Shown here: positions 28,886 to 38,228 of the stretch, piece by piece | Position numbering within the stretch: the stretch's first letter is position 1 | Layout of the letters: each line of letters begins with the position of its first letter | NCBI GenBank assembly: GCA_963666985.2 | Contig: CAXXIA010000001.1 | Span: forward strand, 512,001-576,000 | DNA: 64,000 nucleotides | Source of the DNA: Spirochaetia bacterium | GTDB lineage: Bacteria > Spirochaetota > Spirochaetia > DSM-2461 | Direction: 5' to 3' | Translations under genes and position numbers: made by a program | The notes under the pieces: model-generated | The model's database searches: none | What the model saw: the letters and a program-made list of their open reading frames with translations, nothing else | Told to the model about the DNA's origin: nothing

Positions 28886-29665
28886 TTAGTTATTATTAAC
28901 ATTATATGCAAGTATCTTATTATAGGATGATAAATAATTAAAATACGTGATATCATGCCTATATTTCTTTCGTACTTTTTCTGCAGTTTTAATTGAATAG
29001 TATTTTAACCAATCATCATTTGCATTAGAAGAATTAAATTTCTCAAGTGGTTGAAGATTAAATCTTTCTGCTATATATGGATAAGTTTCTTCAATTTTTT
29101 CAAGCTTTAATATTTTAGAAAAATGATTGAGTCCTGCTTTTTTAAGTAAATAGTATTGAGGAATAAAATGTTTATCACATAACCGATTAGGTATTTTGCA
29201 TATGATACTTACGAAATCATCAAAAGATAAATTGCCATTGCGAAGTTTCTTGTTAAAATAGAATTTAAAGTCATTCAAATTAAGATCTTTATCATTAAAA
29301 AATTTGCTTTTATAACATGAAACTAAACGAATAAAGGGGTCTCTAACGTAAGTGAAAATGAAATAGTTATAGTTTTGATTTCTAATTTTATTTATTTTAT
29401 CAAATTGAATTTTATGAACTTCATAGAAATTGTTTACGATATTCCAATCTGGATAAATAGATTTTGCTATACTTATTTTAATCGATGTACATGCAACTTT
29501 AGAATTTACAAAATAAATTATCTTTCTATCATTAATTCGAATAAACTCTAAACGGTTAATCCAAAATAATTGAACAAGGAAATTCTTTACTATTTTATTA
29601 TAAAATCGAATTTTTTTATGTAGTTTTTTTAAAATCGGAATTTTACGAATCTTATATAATATCAT
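28886..29665 (-). CDS. Sulfotransferase, Sulfotransfer_2 (chondroitin-4-O/HNK-1 type)
   Basis: 5'-PSB motif KVACTS, 3'-PB motif VRDPFIRLVSCY, DKHFIPQ and a C-terminal Y..D...F.Y. Confidence 0.9.
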   Translation of the reverse strand: MILYKIRKIPILKKLHKKIRFYNKIVKNFLVQLFWINRLEFIRINDRKIIYFVNSKVACTSIKISIAKSIYPDWNIVNNFYEVHKIQFDKINKIRNQNYNYFIFTYVRDPFIRLVSCYKSKFFNDKDLNLNDFKFYFNKKLRNGNLSFDDFVSIICKIPNRLCDKHFIPQYYLLKKAGLNHFSKILKLEKIEETYPYIAERFNLQPLEKFNSSNANDDWLKYYSIKTAEKVRKKYRHDITYFNYLSSYNKILAYNVNNN

Positions 29666-30147
29666 AATTCTATATTATATATATTGTTTGTTCATAGATG
29701 ATTTGTCAAGTAAAAAATTGAATAATTATAGAAGAGTAATGGGCTTATTTTTTATGGTTTTTTACGCTTATGCTTTTCTTGGGTATAAATATTTTTTCTA
29801 TGAGCAATTTAACTACGGGATAATCGAATTCCCAATTTTACTTTTAACTTTTTCCAGACTTCTGAGCTGATTTCTCAATTTCGGTCATTGAAGTCTTAAT
29901 TGATTTACAGAAAGTTTTCAACAAGAAAAGGATTAAAGCTTCCAGAACCATCAACTTTTAGAAATCTTCTTGAAATAGTCGACCGATTACAGCATGAACA
30001 ACATACGATATATTATAAACTCGGATTGTCGGCAGAGCTCTTTTCTATGAGAAATATTCATTCCGAAAAATAATTCGGTTGTAAATTCACAGTAACTTTT
30101 TGACTTCTGTGTTGGACATTATCATCCTCAATTCATCAGGAAAGTAA

Positions 30148-30918
30148 TTATAAGGATTTTAAAGAATCTAAAATATCATTATACTCTTCTATATAGTAAA
30201 GTTTTAAAACATCATTCTTGTATTTTTTCATAACTTTTCTTAATGTCTCGGCAGTATAGTAATTTATCCAATTTTCATTTGAACCCGAAGGATTTAACAA
30301 TTGTAATTGCTTTAAATTATACTTTTTAGCAATTATTGGAAATGATTCTTCAATACTCTCTAGTTTAAGAATTGATGAGAAATGCCTAAGACCGGCTTTT
30401 TTAAGCAGATAGTATTGAGGAACAAAGTGTCTGTCACATAATCTGTTAGGAATATGACAAATTATATCAACAAATTCTTCAAATGAAATATTTCCATTCC
30501 GAATTTTTTTATTAAAATAGAATTTAAAATCATTAACCTTTATAGTTTTATCGACTATAAGTTTACTTTTATAGCATGATACTAAACGAGAAAAAGGATT
30601 CCTGACATAGACAAAAATATAGTTATCTAAATCATTTTTGTTAAGTTTATTGACTTTTTTTAAACTGATTCTGTGAACATCATATAGATTCTCAGCCTCC
30701 CATTCCGGATTTAACGTTTGTGCAAAACAAGTTTTTATGGAAGTACCGGCAACTTTAGATATAGAAAGATATATTAGTTTTCTGTCTGGAAGTTTATAGA
30801 ATTCCAATTTTTTTGAGATCGATAAAAGATTGAAAAAATTTATAAATCTTTTTCGAAATCGCCACATCGTTTTTAAGGAAAAGTCTATAAACTTGTATTT
30901 TCGAATACTAGTAAGCAT
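30148..30918 (-). CDS. Sulfotransferase, Sulfotransfer_2 (tandem paralogue)
   Basis: KVAGTS, VRNPFSRLVSCY and DRHFVPQ motifs. Long identical stretches with 28886-29665 (NDFKFYFNKK, IPNRLCD, PQYYLLKKAGL). Confidence 0.9.
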   Translation of the reverse strand: MLTSIRKYKFIDFSLKTMWRFRKRFINFFNLLSISKKLEFYKLPDRKLIYLSISKVAGTSIKTCFAQTLNPEWEAENLYDVHRISLKKVNKLNKNDLDNYIFVYVRNPFSRLVSCYKSKLIVDKTIKVNDFKFYFNKKIRNGNISFEEFVDIICHIPNRLCDRHFVPQYYLLKKAGLRHFSSILKLESIEESFPIIAKKYNLKQLQLLNPSGSNENWINYYTAETLRKVMKKYKNDVLKLYYIEEYNDILDSLKSL

Positions 30919-30977
30919 ATTAATAATTATTTATGAAAAATGGAAAAGATCAAGAAAACAATAATGAATGAAAAAGA

Positions 30978-31698
30978 CGGATTGAAATTCCTAACGCAAT
31001 TCAGCCAATGCCTGCTTCGGTGTTTTATACCCCAAGGTTTTTCTTAGCCTTTCATTTAAAAATCAGGCTATCCGACCCACATAATATTGGTCGATATTCC
31101 GAAAATCATCAATTTCATAAAGCATATCACAGATTAAACCATTTGTATTTTCGCATGTCGCTTTTTCCCATGGCGAATGAGGGTGACAGAAGAAAACATC
31201 GATTTTGGCTCTTTTAGCCAATTGCTTGTGCTCACTGTTTCCCTTGCCTTGATCCAAGGTCAACGTCTTTCTTAGATGAGGTTCTATCCACTTAAATCGT
31301 CTCTCAATTGTTTTTCGAACAGTGGCTGCATCGTATTTGAGAAGAAGATCCATCTGGATATATCGTGTTTGTCTTTCTACAATGATACAGATAGCCGACT
31401 TATGATCTTTCCCTATGATTAAGTCTCCCTCCCAATGACCTGGTACTTCCCGGTCTTCCACTTCCGGCGGCCTCGCGCTGTGACAACAACTTTGACACAT
31501 CGCGAGGGGGATCTATTTCTTTCCAGTCTTCGGAATTGATTTTCAATTTTGGACATTGATGCCTTCGTTGCTTTAAAGACAGGTATTCGGCAAGAAAGGG
31601 ATTACAACTTCCTAAATCATCACCTTGGAATGTCATTCTGCGGTAACTCATGGAAACTCCTTGCTCTTTTATTTTCGTGCGTTAGGAATTTCAATCCG
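30978..31698 (-). mobile_element. Internally deleted IS30-family element retaining both terminal inverted repeats
   Basis: Perfect 21-bp IRs CGGATTGAAATTCCTAACGCA...TGCGTTAGGAATTTCAATCCG. Transposase start (AAGGAG, MSYRRMT) and DDE fragments (PGHWEGDLIIG, VERQTRY, TLTLDQG, FFCHPHSPWEK..CENTNGL), broken by deletions and stops. Confidence 0.92.
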
Positions 31699-31739
31699 CT
31701 TAGTTTAATAATTTTAAGTAAAAAAGTCATTCAATTCTT

Positions 31740-32012
31740 TTTTCACATACAGACAGCGAAAGTGATCCGCCCTCTCCCATCCTGTTATGAACCGCCGGGT
31801 TGCCGGTAGAATCTTTTACCATCCCGGAGACAGCCCTTGGTGTGCCGGTTCGGCCTGACGAGACTTCCTGTTTCGACAGGCTCCCGTTATCGGGTTCTCG
31901 CCACGCTTCTCGCTTCGCTGTGGTGCATGGCTGTTTGCGTTCTTCGTCCTCGCCGCTGTACGACATAGTGGCCGCAACAGGCCTTACCTTTCCGAGTTAT
32001 TGCGCCTGAAAA
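31740..32012. other. About 270-nt GC-rich, multi-hairpin non-coding element (ssDNA-promoter-like or ncRNA)
   Basis: End pairing TTTTCA/TGAAAA and GAAAG/CTTTC. Internal stems CCGGG/CCCGG, GGTAGAA/TTTTACC, GGCCTG/CAGGCC, CGAGA/TCTCG, CCTGT-TTCG-ACAGG, CCCG-TTAT-CGGG and GCCGCT/AGTGGC. Confidence 0.5.
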
Positions 32013-32044
32013 GAAAAAGACCGGCCCACTCGGACCGGTCTTTT
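32008..32044 (-). terminator. Rho-independent terminator of tRNA-Cys (possibly bidirectional)
   Basis: The minus strand reads AAAAGACCGGTCC-GAGT-GGGCCGGTCTTTTTCTTTT. Confidence 0.85.
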
Positions 32045-32050
32045 CGTTTA

Positions 32051-32123
32051 AGGCGCCGAGCGGACTCGAACCGCTGAATCATGGATTTGCAATCCACTCC
32101 CTTAGCCTCTTGGGCACGGCGCC
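32051..32123 (-). tRNA. tRNA-Cys (GCA), CCA not encoded
   Basis: GGCGCCG acceptor stem, anticodon arm GTGGA-TTGCAAA-TCCAT, T-arm AGCGG-TTCGAGT-CCGCT, and discriminator U73 typical of tRNA-Cys. Confidence 0.97.
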
Positions 32124-32176
32124 GTGATGTAGAAATATATCCAAATCTGAGTAAAAGGTCCAGAACCTTCTATTTA

Positions 32177-32719
32177 TTAGAACAAATAATCATCAGGAAG
32201 CGGATTATAGTGCTCATCGACTTCATCTCGAATCTTGCCGAGAGGAAGACGAAAGAGGTTCATAATCTCTCCTCTGATTTCTTCATTGAAATCATCGCCA
32301 TGATAAATAACGAAGCAATCATGATCAAAAAGGTAGACAACACGGCCGCGGGGGATGCTGTCGTATTCATCCCTCATATGCGGGGGAAGTCTCTTAAGAA
32401 GACCTTTTTTCTCCATAATGAACCAAGCCGCATAATGGCCGACGGCATAATCGATACTGATTCTTGTTTGAACGGCTTTGCTGCATGGTGAAGATTCGTG
32501 GTGAAAGAGCTTGCCGTTGTACGTCCAAAAGATACCGACCATGGGTTCCGTTTCATCGGATGGAAACGGAAGTGTTCGGCTGATTTGCTGATCGGGAGAA
32601 ATCGTCTCACTCTCCGCATCCGTGCGATTATTCTTTGGAATGATCTGATTTTCGTCGGGCTGCCGCTGATAATTTCGGCTTGTTAACCGTTCGTTCAGAA
32701 TATCGTCAAATAAACTCAT
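32177..32719 (-). CDS. Conserved-looking hypothetical protein
   Basis: 180-aa ORF coupled to the upstream gene by ATGA. Motif-like segments VGIFW, GHYAAW, EYDSIPRGRVVY and DEHY follow a disordered N-terminus. Confidence 0.75.
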   Translation of the reverse strand: MSLFDDILNERLTSRNYQRQPDENQIIPKNNRTDAESETISPDQQISRTLPFPSDETEPMVGIFWTYNGKLFHHESSPCSKAVQTRISIDYAVGHYAAWFIMEKKGLLKRLPPHMRDEYDSIPRGRVVYLFDHDCFVIYHGDDFNEEIRGEIMNLFRLPLGKIRDEVDEHYNPLPDDYLF

Positions 32720-33843
32720 TGTTCTGTTGTTATATATCGCATGATGATTGAAGCGGCCTCTTCGCTTCCCATTTGGCCGGAGAAAACCAAGCGGCCGATA
32801 CGCGCATAGGCCTCATTAAAGCGAAATCGGGATAATCTCGTGGGCAAAGATGCATCTTCCGACGCATCACCGATGAGGCATTTTACGATGTCGTTTAATA
32901 AGAGCCGGGATAGTTCTTCATTTCTTACTCCTGCAGGAACAGCGGCATAGGATTGATGAGTGATATCGGCGTAACCTTCGGGTGTTTCAATACGGATAAG
33001 TTTCTCAGAATTCAAAGGTGCCGTATTGTCTGCCGCATTCGGCAAAGTCATGAAAGCGGATTGAGATTCATCCGAAACGAATGCCAAGAGGAGATTCTGT
33101 TCGGTAGGAAGCTCCGAGTAATTCAGATTCATGGCATGTTCAAACAATAACGCGAGGTGTTTTTCCGGGCGCCCATCGAAACCGCAGAGGTTTTCGTCCT
33201 CAGCCTGCAAAACGGAAAAAACCGCATCGGAATCGCGCACATCAACCGTCTGAGGGAAATAGCTGCCCTCGAGGAAAACCAGATCCGGTAAGCCCTCGGC
33301 AGGAGCATCTCCGAGTAGGTTTATCGGATTGAGATTTGAACAACCTTCAATGTCCCTCCATTGAACTTCAACCCCGCGGAGCGCAAAGGCCGATTCAAGA
33401 TCCTTATAGAAAAGAGAATCGCTGAAAGTCCGCCAGATCTCAATTTTCTTATGGGGAAGGGGAAAAGGATTGCCGTTTACGGCTATTTTGATGGGATGAA
33501 TTATAATGTCGCTGCCGATTCGTACCTCCCAAATCCCATTGTGAAGTACCAGGAATGCATCGCCCTGAAGAGTCTCGCCCGGTTTCGCCGCATAACGAAT
33601 AGAGTGTCCTGATTCGGAAATGATTTCTAAAGAATCAATTGTATTCATCCAAGGGTAAAGACATGAGAGAGGAATGGCCGGAAGTCCGTCGATTTCTTCA
33701 GACGGCCGCGCAAGAGCCCGCAAGATTGAACGCTCCAGGACGCCGTGGCATTGATTATTGAGTGTTAAATCCAATGATTGAAGCGGAATAGCGGCGGCCA
33801 GGGAAAAACAAAAAAAGGTTAGCGCATAAAAAAAACGGTGCAT
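32716..33843 (-). CDS. Secreted hypothetical protein
   Basis: MHRFFYALTFFCFSLAAAIPLQS looks like a signal peptide, which favours the ATG at 33843. No family recognised. Confidence 0.7.
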   Translation of the reverse strand: MHRFFYALTFFCFSLAAAIPLQSLDLTLNNQCHGVLERSILRALARPSEEIDGLPAIPLSCLYPWMNTIDSLEIISESGHSIRYAAKPGETLQGDAFLVLHNGIWEVRIGSDIIIHPIKIAVNGNPFPLPHKKIEIWRTFSDSLFYKDLESAFALRGVEVQWRDIEGCSNLNPINLLGDAPAEGLPDLVFLEGSYFPQTVDVRDSDAVFSVLQAEDENLCGFDGRPEKHLALLFEHAMNLNYSELPTEQNLLLAFVSDESQSAFMTLPNAADNTAPLNSEKLIRIETPEGYADITHQSYAAVPAGVRNEELSRLLLNDIVKCLIGDASEDASLPTRLSRFRFNEAYARIGRLVFSGQMGSEEAASIIMRYITTEQ

Positions 33844-33956
33844 ATTAATACTATCGACCTGTTCACTCATTCAATGCAAAAAGATTTTATACAAAATTAA
33901 AAGCTCAAAATTCTACCAGCGTATAGACTTAGGCTTCTATAAGAATACGTTTGTTC

Positions 33957-35132
33957 TCATTCGCGCCGGAGAGCCGTTCTTAAAATCTTAATCTGCCGAT
34001 TGACCGCTGTAATGAATCTCTCCAGGTCTTCTTTCATCGTTAACGCTCCGATGGAAACTCGGATCATACCCGCTGCAACATCACCGGAAACGCCCATGGC
34101 CGTCATGGATTTCGGAAGTTTCCCTTTTTTATTGCTGCTGCAGGCAGAGCCGGTGGAAATCGCAAATCCTTCTTCGGCCAAGACTCTGGCCAGAACCTCT
34201 CCGGGAATGGGCGGAACGCTTAAGGCGATAATACCCGGTGCATAGAAGTTCTTTGGGGATAACCCCCGACGCGCTTCGGGAATAACCTTGCAGCCGTCGA
34301 TTTTCATGAGTTCTTCAAGCAGCCATCCTCCGAGCTCCGATACCTTTTCATTCGGGCGGCCGTATTTCTCCAGCGCTTCGGTCATGGCCAGAGCTCCCGC
34401 GACATTTTCAGTTCCCGGACGAATACCATGTTCCTGACCGCCTCCGCGGATAAGAACCTCGAATTGCGGATTGCGGTGATAGAGAAGTCCGATTCCCCTC
34501 GGACCCCGAAATTTATGAGCACTAAAAGAGGCCGTATCCAAATCGAGGGAACTCAAATCCACCGGAATCTTGCCGATCGCCTGAACCAAATCTCCGTGGA
34601 AATGAATGGGGCGGCCGCCTTTTTCCGCTTCAAAATCACGGATGGCCGCCGCCAATTCATCAAGAGGCATAACGGCGCCTGTTTCATTATTCACGCCCAT
34701 AACGCAGACCAGTCGTGTTTCCGGATTCTTTTCAAGAAGCGATCGAAGCCGAGAAGAGGAAATGCGCCCGTCGGATTCGGGCGGTATTTCTTTCATGCTC
34801 CAGCCTTGGGCGTCCAGCATTTTCGCCGTTTCGGTTACCGACGGATGTTCCAAAGAGCTGATAAGAATCGTACCGGGTTCACGCCGGAGGAGTCTTGAAA
34901 GAAGGACGATGGCGTTTGATTCCGTTCCGCCCGATGTAAAGGTCAGAGAACCGGAAGCGCATCCCAGAACGGCGGCGCAGCGATTCCGGGCTTCTTCCAG
35001 TACGGTTTTCGCCTTTTTCCCGAGGGGGTAGGGCGACGAGGGATTCCCGGAGTATTCCACGGCGGCGTCCGCCATGAGGCGCATGATTTCCGGATCCGGC
35101 GGAGCCGTGGCCGCCCAGTCGAGGTAAGTCAT
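33957..35132 (-). CDS. Cysteine desulfurase (IscS/NifS-type)
   Basis: YLDWAAT, FTSGGTESN, VNNETG, SAHKFRGPRG, RPGTENV and ISTGSACSS motifs. Start placed at MTYLD. Confidence 0.95.
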   Translation of the reverse strand: MTYLDWAATAPPDPEIMRLMADAAVEYSGNPSSPYPLGKKAKTVLEEARNRCAAVLGCASGSLTFTSGGTESNAIVLLSRLLRREPGTILISSLEHPSVTETAKMLDAQGWSMKEIPPESDGRISSSRLRSLLEKNPETRLVCVMGVNNETGAVMPLDELAAAIRDFEAEKGGRPIHFHGDLVQAIGKIPVDLSSLDLDTASFSAHKFRGPRGIGLLYHRNPQFEVLIRGGGQEHGIRPGTENVAGALAMTEALEKYGRPNEKVSELGGWLLEELMKIDGCKVIPEARRGLSPKNFYAPGIIALSVPPIPGEVLARVLAEEGFAISTGSACSSNKKGKLPKSMTAMGVSGDVAAGMIRVSIGALTMKEDLERFITAVNRQIKILRTALRRE

Positions 35133-35136
35133 GGAT

Positions 35137-35526
35137 TTATTGTGACCTTTTTTTGCCGGTTCGGCCATCGGGTGCTTTCACGCTTCGCGTCGCGATAACA
35201 TCGGCGCCGGATTCCCGAATGTTCTCAATAAGAATCTTTCCTCTCAGAACGGGAGGAGTGGGACGAAGTCGTGAAATCTCTTCGAGAATGCCGGGAAAGA
35301 AGTCCGTGGAAACCGGCCGTGAAAGTCTGAGCGAGAGCATTTGAAAGTCTTTTCCGCTTATCGGTACGGATGTGGCGAGGTTCCTTTTGGGATGAAGAAC
35401 TTCATCCCGGCCGAAGTTCAGACCTTTGGGGCATTGGTTTCCTTCAACGGTAATATCCGTGCCTTCGGAGCGAACGATGAGATCGCATCCTTTGGGACAG
35501 AGCAGACAAGTCATTTCTTCAATCAT
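35137..35526 (-). CDS. DUF1667 CxxC metal-binding protein
   Basis: CLLCPKGC...GNQCPKG and a C-terminal DVIATR; third gene of the GlpA-like trio. Confidence 0.88.
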   Translation of the reverse strand: MIEEMTCLLCPKGCDLIVRSEGTDITVEGNQCPKGLNFGRDEVLHPKRNLATSVPISGKDFQMLSLRLSRPVSTDFFPGILEEISRLRPTPPVLRGKILIENIRESGADVIATRSVKAPDGRTGKKRSQ

Positions 35527-36772
35527 GAATCATCACCTTCAGATCTTCCTGCATGCCGCCGAGAGAGACCGATATACGGATTTCTTCGCTCGGAAGGACG
35601 TTCTTCAGCATCTGTTTCCCGTAAACGGTCCCCGTCCGGACTCCGATAATCTCCAGGTGCTGTTCACGGCCCGGCCGGGAGGCGCGAAGAGTGATTTCCT
35701 GTTCCGGAGTATCTTCGCTGATTTTTTGGGGCAGGCAGTAGCGGACACCCGGACCGGCCGAAAGGCTGTAATAAATCCGGTTTTGGAAGTCTTTTTGACT
35801 CCTGAGATATCGGGCCGCCGCTTCGCCGATTGAAAAGCCTTCTACGGACGCCATATCGGCGATGTCGTGAATGTGGAGCACATTGCCGCAGGCGAAAATT
35901 CCCGGAATCGAGGTCATTCCGGACTGATCGACCACAGCTCCGGAGGTGAGGGGATCAATCTCAATCCCGGCCTTTTTGGAGAGCTCATTTTCCGGAATCA
36001 AACCGACCGAGAGGATGAGCGTGTCGCAGCTAATCTTTTCTTCAGTTCCTGTAATGATGTTTCCGTCCGGATCGACCTTGCCGACAAGGACTCCTTCGAC
36101 TCTGTTCGTGCCGAAGATATCGACAACGGTTGAGGAGAGGTGAAGGGGGATTCCGTAATCCTTCAGACAGTGCCGAACATTTCGTTTCAATCCGTTGCAG
36201 TAGGGCATTTTTTCATAAACACCGAGAACGTTCATGCCTTCCAAAGTCAGCCTGCGGGCCATTATCAGACCGATATCGCCTGAGCCGAGAATCACCGCGT
36301 TCCTGCCGATTCGAAGGTTTCGCAGATTTACCAGATTCTGAGCGGAACCGGCCGTGAAGATGCCCGCCGGACGGGAGCCTGGGATTTCCAGCATTTCGCG
36401 TGTCCGTTCGCGGCAGCCCATCGCCAGAACAACGGCTCCGGCATCAACGATTCGGTAGCCGTTCGGCGTATTGAACGAAAGACGCCTTTCGGAAGAGAGA
36501 TCAAGAACCATGGCCGGCGATTCGATTTGAATGTCTTCATCCTGAACGTTTTGTATCATCGTTTCGGCATATTCGGGACCGGTCAGTGTTTCCTTATAAA
36601 GAAAGAGGCCGAATCCGTCGTGGATGCATTGGTTGAGAACGCCGCCCAAGACGGTATCGCGCTCCAAAAGAAGAACATCATCAATTCCGGCCCGCTTGGC
36701 GCCGAGCGCCGCCGCCATACCGGCGGGGCCTCCGCCGATAACGACGATATCATGGTATTCCGTTTTCACCAT
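35519..36772 (-). CDS. FAD/NAD(P)-dependent pyridine nucleotide-disulfide oxidoreductase
   Basis: GGGPAG, GGVLNQCIHDGFG, LTGPEYA, GCRERTR, GSGDIGLIMARR and GNVLHIHD motifs. Confidence 0.92.
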   Translation of the reverse strand: MVKTEYHDIVVIGGGPAGMAAALGAKRAGIDDVLLLERDTVLGGVLNQCIHDGFGLFLYKETLTGPEYAETMIQNVQDEDIQIESPAMVLDLSSERRLSFNTPNGYRIVDAGAVVLAMGCRERTREMLEIPGSRPAGIFTAGSAQNLVNLRNLRIGRNAVILGSGDIGLIMARRLTLEGMNVLGVYEKMPYCNGLKRNVRHCLKDYGIPLHLSSTVVDIFGTNRVEGVLVGKVDPDGNIITGTEEKISCDTLILSVGLIPENELSKKAGIEIDPLTSGAVVDQSGMTSIPGIFACGNVLHIHDIADMASVEGFSIGEAAARYLRSQKDFQNRIYYSLSAGPGVRYCLPQKISEDTPEQEITLRASRPGREQHLEIIGVRTGTVYGKQMLKNVLPSEEIRISVSLGGMQEDLKVMIHD

Positions 36773-36779
36773 CGAAACT

Positions 36780-38228
36780 TCAATCCTTTATCCGGCCGTA
36801 GAAGAGTTCCGTGCCTTCGCCGCGTTTCGTCAGCCGACCGGAATCGATATTCCGTTCTTCCAGAATTTGGACGATTCTCGGCGTGCAGAAGGCTCCCTGA
36901 CATCGGCCCATTCCGCATCGGGTCCGCCGCTTAACGGCGTCCAGAGTCGGCCTTCCCGGCAGGGAATCCAGGGCTCTTTCAACTTCCATGCGGGTAACCG
37001 ATTCGCAGCGGCAGACCATCTCGCCCCATCGGGAGTCTTCTTCAACCATCCGTTGACGTTCCTCAGGCGGCATATCGGCGAACCTTCGATGATCATTCCG
37101 AATAATTCGAAAATCCTTCTTTTTGGCCGGATTTTCCGAGCGCGAGATGATTTGCAGGACACGTTCGGCGATGGCGGGCGCGGAGGTGAGCCCGGGCGAT
37201 TCGATGCCGATCAGGTTGATGAAACGCGGAACCTCAAGAGACTCCTCGATAACGAAATCCTTGAATTTTTCCTTGCTGTTCGGATCGACCAGTTTGGGGC
37301 GTATACCGGAGTAGGCGTGAATAATCGGGATTTTTTTCAGTTCCGGCATCAGCTCGAAGGCCTCGGCTTTCAGCTGATCGGTTATTGACCGCGTTGTCGC
37401 CACATCCTCTTTGTTTCCCGTGTACTCCGCGGAAGGTCCGATAAGAATCGTGTTTTCCATTGTCGGGGTAACATGAACCCCGAGTCCCGGACCGTCTTTT
37501 GGGGGTACCGGATAAACCGGCATCTTGAGGCCCAAATCATCCGCTTTATCGGTAATAAGATATTCTCCTCGATACGGAAAAATCGTGTAATCCTCGATGC
37601 CGACCATCCGCGCGATGGAATCGGATTCCATTCCGGCCGCGTTGATAACCCAGCGGGTTTTGATTTCTTCATGGTCGGTAACCACGATAAAATCGCCGCC
37701 GTCTCTGCGGATGGAACGAATGGGTTCTTCCAGCAGAATCTCCGATCCGTTTGCCGCGGCGTTTTCGGCTAAAGCAATGGTGAAATGATAGGGTGATATG
37801 ATTCCCGTATGGGGCGACCATAAGGCCCATTGGCCTTCCGCCAAAGGCTCTAGTTCCTTGATCCGTTTTCGGTCGATGATTTCAAGATCGGGAGAACCGT
37901 TGGCATCGCCCTGTTCCTTCAAGAGTTGAAGTCTGTCTCGGCCCTCATCGTCGAAGGCCACAACGAGCTTCCCTGTTTTCTTATGCGGAACGCCGAGGGA
38001 TTCCGCAAGTCCGTAAATCGTCTTCAGTCCGGCGACATTCATTTGCGCCTTGAGCGTTCCTTTCGGAACATTAAAGCCGGCGTGAATCACGCCGCTGTTG
38101 GCTTTGGAAATCCCTTCGGCGACATCGGCGTTTTTTTCGATGAGTAAGGAGCTCAGTTCATACCGGCTTAAAGCGAACTGAAGGCAGCATCCGATAACTC
38201 CGCCGCCGATGATTGTTACATCGTTCAT
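36780..38228 (-). CDS. GlpA/LhgO-like FAD-dependent dehydrogenase with BFD-like [2Fe-2S] domain
   Basis: IGGGVIG, SKANSGVIHAG, GIESPGLTSAPAIA and CRCE...RTRCGMGRCQGAFC motifs. Confidence 0.92.
   Translation of the reverse strand: MNDVTIIGGGVIGCCLQFALSRYELSSLLIEKNADVAEGISKANSGVIHAGFNVPKGTLKAQMNVAGLKTIYGLAESLGVPHKKTGKLVVAFDDEGRDRLQLLKEQGDANGSPDLEIIDRKRIKELEPLAEGQWALWSPHTGIISPYHFTIALAENAAANGSEILLEEPIRSIRRDGGDFIVVTDHEEIKTRWVINAAGMESDSIARMVGIEDYTIFPYRGEYLITDKADDLGLKMPVYPVPPKDGPGLGVHVTPTMENTILIGPSAEYTGNKEDVATTRSITDQLKAEAFELMPELKKIPIIHAYSGIRPKLVDPNSKEKFKDFVIEESLEVPRFINLIGIESPGLTSAPAIAERVLQIISRSENPAKKKDFRIIRNDHRRFADMPPEERQRMVEEDSRWGEMVCRCESVTRMEVERALDSLPGRPTLDAVKRRTRCGMGRCQGAFCTPRIVQILEERNIDSGRLTKRGEGTELFYGRIKD

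Noticed and set aside
29688..30130. 60-aa hydrophobic ORF and an IS3-like end (TTGGACATTATCA)
   Set aside because: Too short and degraded to assign; probably decayed DNA.
31770..31830. Group II intron domain V (GAACCGCC...)
   Set aside because: The following sequence does not form the conserved domain V/VI hairpins, and there is no reverse-transcriptase ORF.
23909..32123. Intact integrative element or prophage at tRNA-Cys
   Set aside because: No integrase, no phage genes and no duplicated tRNA 3' end were seen at the left island border near 23.9 kb.
31727..32491. Short ORFs 31727-31966, 31800-32009 and 32081-32491
   Set aside because: They overlap the structured element, the tRNA or the opposite-strand gene, and show no protein motifs.
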